Assembly: GCA_016839515.1 (NCBI GenBank)
Contig: JAEOUE010000036.1
Coordinates: 1-24,025 of the forward strand
DNA from: Candidatus Hodarchaeum mangrovi
GTDB taxonomy: Archaea; Asgardarchaeota; Heimdallarchaeia; Hodarchaeales; Hodarchaeaceae
Direction: 5' to 3'
Length of the DNA: 24,025 nt
Shown here piece after piece: positions 1 through 7,598 of this stretch (positions within the stretch are counted from its first letter, which is position 1; each line of letters opens with the position of its first letter). Under the pieces are notes generated by a model that saw nothing but the letters and a program-made list of their open reading frames with translations, had not been told where the DNA came from and made no database searches. The translations under genes and the position numbers were made by a program.

Positions 1-479
1 CGGTACCAATAATTCCAACAGGGATTTCGGTTGTTCCAGTTTGGAAAGCAAATCATGCTACACCTATGTTCCCCTCCAGATCTTTTTATGAATAGCGTAT
101 ATGCCCTTCGGGGAAAATTCCTAACGCTTGTTTACAAAACAAGACATCCAATCCCCTTTGTATCATCTCCTTTATTGACTGGGATAACCTCCAAATAATC
201 TGTCATTCTTCCCCAGAATCGATTTTACTATTGCACTGCCCTTTTTACTAAGATGTTGATCCATTTATGTCTCAACTCTTTATATAACACCAATCCCTTA
301 AAAAATGCGTCGATTACACTCTCATGATTTCCAGCGAAAATCACCTCGTTCTTTAATTCATCAATATGAGAATATATATTATCCAAACCTTCAATCTGGA
401 ATCGATCTTCAATATGAGATCCTACTTTCACAAAATTCCGAATAATACCACATTGAAGATCGGGAATTCTTTTAGTCAA
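1..479 (-). pseudogene. plsC: 1-acyl-sn-glycerol-3-phosphate acyltransferase (PlsC/LPLAT family) pseudogene, 3' end beyond window start
   Basis: All LPLAT blocks are present in order: IEGLDNI...VIFAGNHESVID (NHx4D), then stops TAG/TAA at 230-225, then NRFWGRMTDYLEVIPVNKG, a frameshift near 170, then EMIQRGLDVL..ALGIFPEGH, stop TAA 88-86, GNIGVA*FAFQTG (TGA 55-53) and IPVGIIGT. Confidence 0.88.
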
Positions 480-594
480 AAACGCTACCTAAAAGAAGTT
501 TCTTTTGATCAGTTACTAGAATTTTCTTTTGCTTTTTTCATAATTGTAAAAAATATTCTAATTGAAAAAAAGATAATATAGGAGAGAATGTCTA

Positions 595-609
595 GATAAG
601 GTTTTTATG
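595..609 (+). promoter_or_regulatory. Putative BRE/TATA promoter upstream of the zinc-finger microprotein
   Basis: GATAAG followed by GTTTTTATG. The same GATAA+TATA-like layout occurs at 1638 and 7077. Confidence 0.4.
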
Positions 610-726
610 TGAGCATGAATTAAATACAAGTAATCAAGGAAATTACATGCCAATTTGAAAGAAAAATCATTAGATGAAATTTATTTCTGGAATATGTACT
701 AAACAGTCTAAATGGATTGAATAGAA

Positions 727-897
727 ATGGCAAAAATCGGGAATAGACTAGCATGTGATAAATGTGGCAGGATAGAATCATCAAAGTTGAAAGTATTTCC
801 TCTTGTAAAACCTACTGAAAAAATGAATCATATTTGTGAAAATTGTAGACAACAATTATATTATGATAATATTACTGTTGTAACAAAGAATGATTAA
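727..897 (+). CDS. Small zinc-finger/zinc-ribbon protein, 56 aa (absent from the ORF track)
   Basis: ATG727..TAA897 encodes MAKIGNRLACDKCGRIESSKLKVFPLVKPTEKMNHICENCRQQLYYDNITVVTKND, with CxxCG and ICxxC pairs. It fills an otherwise empty intergenic gap. Confidence 0.8.
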   Translation: MAKIGNRLACDKCGRIESSKLKVFPLVKPTEKMNHICENCRQQLYYDNITVVTKND

Positions 898-989
898 AAA
901 ATTTAAATTATCCTCAACATCTATCATTATACAGAATTGGATTTTGGTTTTTAAATGAGTAAGAAGAGCATTCTCAGGCTATAATACAT

Positions 990-1547
990 CTATTTTAAGA
1001 TAATTTTATGGATATCAGTATAAATAGCTCCTTGTGGTGTTAAATCACTCTTCTTTAGTATTACTTCTGTAATTATTTGAGTTCCAAAACTTGTTTCCTG
1101 GTTCTGTTTGATATGCTCCTGAAGGTTTAATTTATTTGGAGGACTTAATTTTGAAATTCTTGCCAAAGTTAAATGAGGTGAAAACCCTCTTTTTTCTCGT
1201 AAAAATCCTTCCTCATACATTAAATCTTCTATTTGAGCTGATAACTTTTTAAGTCTCTCAGCTCCCTCTGAAATTCCTATCCAAACTACTCTCATATAAT
1301 TCAAACTAGGAAAACAACCCATACCCTTTAATTGGATGTTAAATTGAGGGGAATTGATTTTCTGAAGTTGATTTTTTATTTTCTCGATTTGTACATCAGA
1401 AATTTCTCCTAGAAATTTCAATGTCAAATGTATTTGTTTAAGTTTACTAGTACGGATTCCAAGCTTGGAAAGGATAAAAATTTGAGCCTCAAGAGAGTTT
1501 AAAATAATAGGATCATTAATTTCTACACAAATAAAGGTTCTTACCAT
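990..1547 (-). CDS. thpR: RNA 2',3'-cyclic phosphodiesterase (2H phosphoesterase, LigT/ThpR)
   Basis: MVRTFICVEI N-terminus, two HxT motifs (IHLTLKFLGEI, PHLTLARI) and a C-terminal SDLTPQGAIY. The start is probably ATG1547, because the upstream GTG lies within an SD-like GGTGG. Confidence 0.95.
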   Translation of the reverse strand: MVRTFICVEINDPIILNSLEAQIFILSKLGIRTSKLKQIHLTLKFLGEISDVQIEKIKNQLQKINSPQFNIQLKGMGCFPSLNYMRVVWIGISEGAERLKKLSAQIEDLMYEEGFLREKRGFSPHLTLARISKLSPPNKLNLQEHIKQNQETSFGTQIITEVILKKSDLTPQGAIYTDIHKIILK

Positions 1548-1696
1548 ATGTAATTCCACCAGAGTAAAACTTAGAAAGAAATTTAATTTAAATTGTCATT
1601 TTAGGTGAATTTTAACAAGGTTTAAGAATTTCGGTTAGATAAATATTTTAAGAAATGTAGGTTCAGAATATTAAGTTTTATTTATTTAGACTAATT

Positions 1697-1990
1697 GTGG
1701 AAGAAACATTGGTTAAATGGTCTATATCCAAGTTGTTCATGATAAGTTTTGGGTCACTGCTTCTAATCACAGGAGGATTATGCCTGTTAAAACTTTTAAA
1801 TGATCCTTTATGGCCAGGTTATTGGTTTTTCTTTTCACTTTCTCTATTAATCCCTGGAACGATATTTTTTATTTCAGGAATCCTCTATGACCCTAATTAT
1901 AAGAAAAACGAAAAAATTATCAGTCAGAAACAGGCACTAGATGAAGTAAATGCAAGAGTTATACAGATAAAAACTAAAGGGGGATTTTAA
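1697..1990 (+). CDS. Hypothetical small membrane protein (2 TM)
   Basis: Two hydrophobic segments and a charged tail; ends 19 nt before the larA-like gene, so probably the same operon. Confidence 0.7.
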   Translation: MEETLVKWSISKLFMISFGSLLLITGGLCLLKLLNDPLWPGYWFFFSLSLLIPGTIFFISGILYDPNYKKNEKIISQKQALDEVNARVIQIKTKGGF

Positions 1991-2009
1991 TAAAACTCGA
2001 GGTCTTGTT

Positions 2010-3371
2010 TTGAACGAAGATAACTTTCTGGATACACCAATTTATTATCAAAAGACAAAAATTTCTCATTTTGTACCAAAAGCTGCAAGAGTAAGTTATC
2101 TCCAAGTACCTAAATTACAACTATTAGATGATTTCAAAAAAGCTTTAATTGAATCCCTTAGAAACCCAAATAACACATTTAGTTTAGAAAACATGATTAC
2201 TTCGACCTATCGTGTTGGTAAACCCATTGTAATATTAATTGATGACCATACTAGGCCCAATGTTCATACACGGCTACTATTACCGATCTTGAAGAAGTAT
2301 TTATTGGAATTTGGAGTTAAACGAAATGATATTTGGTTATTAATAGCAACAGGAACCCATATTCCCCCAACTCCTGAACAGATTAAACGGAATATTTTAG
2401 GATCATTATTTGAAGATTGGAAAGATTATCTTTGGATTCATGATTGCGATGATATTGATAACCATGAGTACTTGGGAGAATCGTCTCTTGGAACACCAAT
2501 ATTAATTGATAAACGTACACTTGGAAGCAGTATTATTATACCATTAAGTGATTCTGAATATCATTATTTTGCTGGAGTAGCTGGTTCGGTAAAACTTTTT
2601 GTGCCAGGAGTAAGTGCAAGAAAGACTGTTCGCGTAAATCATTCACGAATTTTTGATATAGAAACTGGATTTCGAAAAGAATGTCAGATGGGAAATATTG
2701 AAGGTAATATAGCAATAGGAGATATTCGGGAAATAGTGCATATTCTTATCAAAAAACATGGACTCAAAGTCTTTGTAATAGATGCAATTTTACATAATGG
2801 AAATTTTATTGCTATAAATTCAGGTGATCCACTTAGTATTCATGAAAAAGCGCTCCAAGAATTATCTAAAATACGAAATGTCCCTATACATGAAAAAGCT
2901 GATATAGTTATTGTTTCTAAACCATCTGTGGATTTCTATCAAGCTGGAAAAGGAATAAATGCTGCAAGTCACGCAGTAAAACAAGGAGGAACAATAATTC
3001 TTTTAGCAGAATGTTCAGAGGGATATGGACCTGCTGATTATTTTGAAACTATGGAAAGGGTAAAAAACCTTTCTTTTAAAGAAGCAATGCAGTGGGTAAT
3101 TAAGAATAAATGCTCTGAAAACACCATTGAGATTGGAATTCAAAATGCAGTGGATATTTTCCGTATATTACAGCTCACAGAGGGTCATATTTTTGTTATA
3201 TCTCAAATGAATACAGGGGAACTTCAGGATATATTTCGAGTATCTGCTCTTCCTTCTTCTTCCCCGCAAGAAGCACTCAAGCTATTTATTGAAAGATTCC
3301 TTAAGAAAAATCCCAAGGCATTAATTTATGTATTTGAAGATTACAATATTCTTCCAATTCTTACTCCGTAG
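2010..3371 (+). CDS. larA: Nickel-pincer-dependent lactate racemase family protein (LarA superfamily)
   Basis: DDHTRP, ATGTH, HYFAGVAGSVK, NH and YQAGKG motifs match the conserved LarA catalytic and cofactor-binding residues. The substrate cannot be determined from sequence. Confidence 0.88.
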   Translation: MNEDNFLDTPIYYQKTKISHFVPKAARVSYLQVPKLQLLDDFKKALIESLRNPNNTFSLENMITSTYRVGKPIVILIDDHTRPNVHTRLLLPILKKYLLEFGVKRNDIWLLIATGTHIPPTPEQIKRNILGSLFEDWKDYLWIHDCDDIDNHEYLGESSLGTPILIDKRTLGSSIIIPLSDSEYHYFAGVAGSVKLFVPGVSARKTVRVNHSRIFDIETGFRKECQMGNIEGNIAIGDIREIVHILIKKHGLKVFVIDAILHNGNFIAINSGDPLSIHEKALQELSKIRNVPIHEKADIVIVSKPSVDFYQAGKGINAASHAVKQGGTIILLAECSEGYGPADYFETMERVKNLSFKEAMQWVIKNKCSENTIEIGIQNAVDIFRILQLTEGHIFVISQMNTGELQDIFRVSALPSSSPQEALKLFIERFLKKNPKALIYVFEDYNILPILTP

Positions 3372-3450
3372 AAATCCTAAGGAAAATGTGTACTTCATAA
3401 TAATTAAAAAGATAACCTTTGTTATTTTCTTCAAGAGGTGAAATGATAAG

Positions 3451-3933
3451 GTGCAAAGGTGGAAATGGTTTTGTATCTCAATTTTATTAGTGGTAATCTT
3501 TGTAAATAAATTTGATTCTGTTCAAGGATCACCAAATTCATTAATTCCAATAATTGAGTCCCCTGTTTCTGAAATCCACTCCCTTGTTGGACTTGCCTTT
3601 AATCTAAGTTTTGTAATCATAGATGATGATCCTAGGAATTATTCATTGCAACAGGGAGTCCAAGGACAACTAATATCTACAGGTTATATCGAATCTCGAT
3701 TTCTTGAATTTGAAATAAATTACGTGCCATTAGGTAACTATAGCTATACATTATATGTGATGGATTATTCTGGAAATACGGCAAATAAGACAATTCTTGT
3801 ATATATTGAATTAGAATCTGAAACTACTTCTGAATCATATCCCACAGAACCAGCAAAAGCCACAAGCTTTGAATTTCACTTTATTTTACTTGGTTATCTT
3901 TGTTTTATCTATATAATGCGGAAACGAAGGTAG
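3451..3933 (+). CDS. Secreted Ig-like surface protein with C-terminal CTERM-type sorting signal
   Basis: N-terminal signal peptide, Ig-like GNYSYTLYVMDYSGN strand, Ser/Thr/Glu linker, then ATSFEF + TM + RKRR. GAGGTGA SD upstream. Confidence 0.75.
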   Translation: MQRWKWFCISILLVVIFVNKFDSVQGSPNSLIPIIESPVSEIHSLVGLAFNLSFVIIDDDPRNYSLQQGVQGQLISTGYIESRFLEFEINYVPLGNYSYTLYVMDYSGNTANKTILVYIELESETTSESYPTEPAKATSFEFHFILLGYLCFIYIMRKRR

Positions 3934-3936
3934 TAA

Positions 3937-5739
3937 GTGACTCAAGTGAGAATCCAAGGAAGTAAAAATGTAAAAATTTTCATTTTCCTGATTCTAACAA
4001 CCAGTTTTTTGACAGTTTTTGATAATAAGAATATTAATGACAACAAATTGATATTAAAGAATATTATTACCTCTACACAAAATTGGAACTCATTTAATCT
4101 TGGAATAGATATTCAAGAGACTATTACTGGAGTTGTAAACATCTATAATAAGTCAGAAAGCATAAATAATTTTATTATTGGTTTTAAAACTCAAATCTTA
4201 GGATATCAAAGTTCTAGTACTTCTAATGAGCAGAAATGGAGTCTTTTGATAACTTCAGGATATATTCGTGCAATAATCAGAAATTCTCTTCTTAATTCTC
4301 AAATAAGTGGGGCATATATTTCTCTTTCAAATGGCACAATTCTTTCTATCTCAGGAGCAGGAAAAATTCTTTGGCAAAAAGATATTAGTAATAAAACATT
4401 ATCTTCACTTGGTCTAATAGCTATAAACAATAGTGAAGATCATTATATAGTTACTGGAGGAGATGAGAAAAGGCTCTATTGGCTTAATTCCAGCGGAAAT
4501 ATTGTTAAAAATAATTCAATAAATTCAGAAATAATAGCTTTAAAGACACTTGGGGAGAATGCGCTTGTGGGAACACTCACGGGAGATATTTACGCATATA
4601 AAGGATTAGATTTGGCATGGAACTATTCGCTTGGATTAAATCCAGTTTTGGGATTAAATTTTAATGAGCATATTGTTGTTGCATATAGTTATGACCATGA
4701 CATTATATTCTTGAATCCGATAACAGGAATTCGTGTTTTCCAATTATCTTTAGGAAATTTGTTGATTGATTCAATCTATTTTGATTCTAATAATACAGAT
4801 TATGTTTACATGGCTGCAAGTTCAGGAGAATTATTAGCAATCCAGATTTCAACTCAATTAAAGACATGGAGCTCATTAGTTTACCCTACTACCCTTAGTT
4901 TTTGTGAATTTACTGGAGATCCAAACATTGATCTGATTGTTGGAACAAAAGGTGGATCAGTTATAGTTTTTAACCAAACAATTGGAGTTTCAATAAGCGA
5001 TCAGGATTTAATTCTAGGCCAGGTAGAAATTTCATTGATAATACCCTTTCAATATAATAATGATAATATTACTGATCTTTTAATAGGTACTTTGAGGCGA
5101 GGATTGTGGGTCGTTGAAGGAAAAGATCTTACTTCACCAAAATTTTTGGAAATATCTTTAGAACTTGTAACATATAATAGTTTCAATGTTCAAATAGTTG
5201 TGAATGAAAAGGTTAGAGTTGTAATCCGTTATGGAATAGAATCACTTGATCAAGCAATATCAAAAAATGAATACCAATTTAACCATACCATGTATCTCGT
5301 AAACTTGCAAGCAGAATCAAACTATTTTATACAGATTGAGATTTGGGATCAAGCAGATAACTCAGCTATATCCGAGATCTATAAAAAAGAGACTAAAACA
5401 CCTCCTTTTCCATTTTTATTTGTGATTATTTTGTTAATAGTAATATTAGTAGTATTTAGTGCTATATCAGGCTTTTTCTATTATCGAAAGCGAAAAAAAC
5501 ATCAAGCATACTTGAAGGGGGTAGCTGCGCAAGAGAAAAATCACTATACTGAAGCTATTAAATATTATAGCAAAGCCCATGCTAGCGAAAAAATACTCGA
5601 ACTTGTAAAAAGCATTTTGCATAACCCTGATTTAGCAATAGAAGCAGGGGAAATAATGCAAATGAAAGAAGTTGAAGGATACCTTTCAATTGCACATGAC
5701 TTAATACAAGAAGAAAAAAAATTAAGAAATAATGAATAA
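3937..5739 (+). CDS. Single-pass membrane protein: PQQ/FG-GAP-like beta-propeller + Fn3-like domain + TM + cytoplasmic TPR-like tail
   Basis: Repeated G.I/L..W blades (GKILW, DLAW, LKTW), EFTGDPNIDLIVG and QYNNDNITDLLIG, Fn3-like LVNLQAESNYFIQIEIWDQADN, TM ~5407-5484, RKRKK stop-transfer and YTEAIKYYSKA. Confidence 0.75.
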   Translation: MTQVRIQGSKNVKIFIFLILTTSFLTVFDNKNINDNKLILKNIITSTQNWNSFNLGIDIQETITGVVNIYNKSESINNFIIGFKTQILGYQSSSTSNEQKWSLLITSGYIRAIIRNSLLNSQISGAYISLSNGTILSISGAGKILWQKDISNKTLSSLGLIAINNSEDHYIVTGGDEKRLYWLNSSGNIVKNNSINSEIIALKTLGENALVGTLTGDIYAYKGLDLAWNYSLGLNPVLGLNFNEHIVVAYSYDHDIIFLNPITGIRVFQLSLGNLLIDSIYFDSNNTDYVYMAASSGELLAIQISTQLKTWSSLVYPTTLSFCEFTGDPNIDLIVGTKGGSVIVFNQTIGVSISDQDLILGQVEISLIIPFQYNNDNITDLLIGTLRRGLWVVEGKDLTSPKFLEISLELVTYNSFNVQIVVNEKVRVVIRYGIESLDQAISKNEYQFNHTMYLVNLQAESNYFIQIEIWDQADNSAISEIYKKETKTPPFPFLFVIILLIVILVVFSAISGFFYYRKRKKHQAYLKGVAAQEKNHYTEAIKYYSKAHASEKILELVKSILHNPDLAIEAGEIMQMKEVEGYLSIAHDLIQEEKKLRNNE

Positions 5740-6129
5740 ATGCTAATAGAGGATGTTCCATATCTTTTAACAAAAACTAGAATATTTAAAGAAAAGAAAT
5801 TTAAAATATTAAGTTATTGATAAACGATTTCAAAGTTGCATTAGTGAAGGAGGCTCCCAATCCTCATATACGGAGAATTTCTCTAGGATTGCGGAGAAAT
5901 TGGTTAGATAGACATTTATGTTTTCCGGGTACTTTATCTATAACTAAATTGTAACTTGTACTCTTCGGTATACAGAGAAGCCAATTGTTACGAAAATTCA
6001 ACTTGAAAATACTCAATAAAAATCAAATTTTAACTAATAAGTGCTATAATAGAAATTAAACACCTAAAGCAGATCTTTACCAAAATTTCCTCCTAAATTA
6101 GAAAAATTTTACTCAATGAAAGTTATTCA

Positions 6130-6966
6130 GTGGTTCATCAGAATAGTACAGTTAATCTGGAGGTTATTCTCTTAAGCTGGAATAGATGGAATAATACCAC
6201 TCTGGGAGTGAAAAAGTTCCTTCCCATAGAATTTTTGCAGGAAAAAATAAAATTTGCCCATCCTCAGAGTGGGTTAATAGTATTAGGGAATACACGGGGG
6301 TATCCAGAGTTTCAAGAGCAACTTAACAACCTGTTTGTCAAACAATTTAAATTTATACTCTATATTGTCTATGATTATAAAGAAAATTATTTTATTCAAT
6401 CCCTTTTGAGGTCTAGTTGGGCACTACACAAAATAACAGGACGTGCTATTATAGATGGAAGCATAGACAGTAGAACTCTCATAGATCTATTTCAGGTTAA
6501 TCCACGATTAATAATTTCGGTGAAGGAATTATCCACATCCTTTCGCATTAAGTATTGGCAATTACTTAACACTCAAATTCGAAAATTCTTCGTTGAAGGG
6601 CATGTAGAAAGTATTCCCCATGCTTTTGTTTGGTTAGACAAATCCCTATTCGTTGAAGATATTGAAACTTTCGAGCATTTTCGTCTTCTTAATTTATGGG
6701 GAGATGATTATGGATTACGTTTTGGATTGTCTTTAGAGAGTTATGTGAATCTTTCTTATCCTGCTAGGACTTTATTCAATATTTTCATCCTATTTCCTGG
6801 TGTAAAATCACAAGAGGTAAAGGAATTAATAGACAATTTAGATACAGATAGAAAAATGAAATCTTATTTGTATCAACAATATTATCAATTAAAGCCTCAT
6901 CAAGCCTTGGTTGTTTCCCGATTGAAGATGTTTGACCCTTTTATCCTAGATATTCAAATTCCATGA
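6130..6966 (+). CDS. Degenerate FtsK/HerA-superfamily P-loop protein resembling A32-type packaging ATPases (start uncertain)
   Basis: Colinear blocks GVKKF, LIVLGNTRGYPEF (Walker A position), AFVWLDKSLF (Walker B), FRLLNLWGDDY, PARTLFNIFILF and HQALVV. Confidence 0.6.
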   Translation: MVHQNSTVNLEVILLSWNRWNNTTLGVKKFLPIEFLQEKIKFAHPQSGLIVLGNTRGYPEFQEQLNNLFVKQFKFILYIVYDYKENYFIQSLLRSSWALHKITGRAIIDGSIDSRTLIDLFQVNPRLIISVKELSTSFRIKYWQLLNTQIRKFFVEGHVESIPHAFVWLDKSLFVEDIETFEHFRLLNLWGDDYGLRFGLSLESYVNLSYPARTLFNIFILFPGVKSQEVKELIDNLDTDRKMKSYLYQQYYQLKPHQALVVSRLKMFDPFILDIQIP

Positions 6967-7076
6967 AAAACTCTTTAATCTGTTCTTAATTTTGTTAACT
7001 CCTTTTGAAAATTAGCGTGGTTTTATGTTTTAGTACTTAGATTAAAGGAGTATGGAGAGATTTCAATTGCCTCAAT

Positions 7077-7090
7077 GATAAGTTTATTAG
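7077..7090 (+). promoter_or_regulatory. BRE/TATA promoter of the padR operon
   Basis: GATAAG-TTTATTAG directly upstream of the operator pair. Confidence 0.6.
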
Positions 7091-7097
7091 TAGGATA

Positions 7098-7133
7098 TGT
7101 TAGTCATACAAACATGTGTTAGTCTAACTAACA
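7098..7133. promoter_or_regulatory. Tandem palindromic operators TGTTAGT-N3-ACWAACA
   Basis: 7098-7114 TGTTAGTcatACAAACA (1 mismatch) and 7117-7133 TGTTAGTctaACTAACA (perfect), between the TATA box and padR. Confidence 0.78.
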
Positions 7134-7182
7134 AGAGAGTACAATTGAAAAGAAAAACTTTAACCTCAGGAGTAAACTTCTA

Positions 7183-7593
7183 TTGGGTCATGAAGAGTCT
7201 CAAAGTGATAGTTTCTATGATGTTGTTACACTCCTTAATCGGTGGGAGAAAGATCTCCGTCGTGGTCTTCTTCAGCTCATGATACTCATGTTCATCCGCT
7301 TACGAACTCCTGAAGCCCATGGTTATGGTTTAATTAAATTAATTCAGGATACAGGAATTAAAACAATAAAAGCAGGCACCATTTATCCTTTATTGGGACG
7401 AATGGAGAAAGATGGGCTTATTTCAGCCAATCTCGCTTATGATCCAGATACTGGAAGCTCAAGAAATATGTACACTGTTACCTCATTTGGTGATCAGATT
7501 ATTGACCAAATGATGCAAATCTATGGGTCTTATGATGCTATTATTGAATCACTTTATTATGAAATTGAAAAGAATCACACAAGCAAAAGGTGA
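7183..7593 (+). CDS. PadR-family winged-helix transcriptional regulator
   Basis: LRRGLLQLMIL...HGYGLIK...IKAGTIYPLLGRMEKDGLI...RNMYTVTSFG is a typical PadR signature. Confidence 0.93.
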   Translation: MGHEESQSDSFYDVVTLLNRWEKDLRRGLLQLMILMFIRLRTPEAHGYGLIKLIQDTGIKTIKAGTIYPLLGRMEKDGLISANLAYDPDTGSSRNMYTVTSFGDQIIDQMMQIYGSYDAIIESLYYEIEKNHTSKR

Positions 7594-7598
7594 ATTAT

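Noticed and set aside
53-230. Stop-codon recoding (Sec/Pyl) rescuing plsC
   Set aside because: The lesions include TAA stops and a frameshift, and other genes in the window use TGA and TAG as normal stops.
366-581. 71-aa plus-strand ORF
   Set aside because: Antisense shadow of the plsC pseudogene running into AT-rich sequence, with no motifs.
5582-5773. 63-aa minus-strand ORF
   Set aside because: Antisense to the 600-aa gene.
5845-5995. SRP RNA or RNase P RNA identity for the structured segment
   Set aside because: The loop-loop pairing recalls an Alu domain, but no SRP helix-8 motif or RNase P P4 consensus is visible and the segment is too short.
7097-7282. 61-aa ORF overlapping padR
   Set aside because: Starts inside the operator region, overlaps padR out of frame and has no protein-like features.
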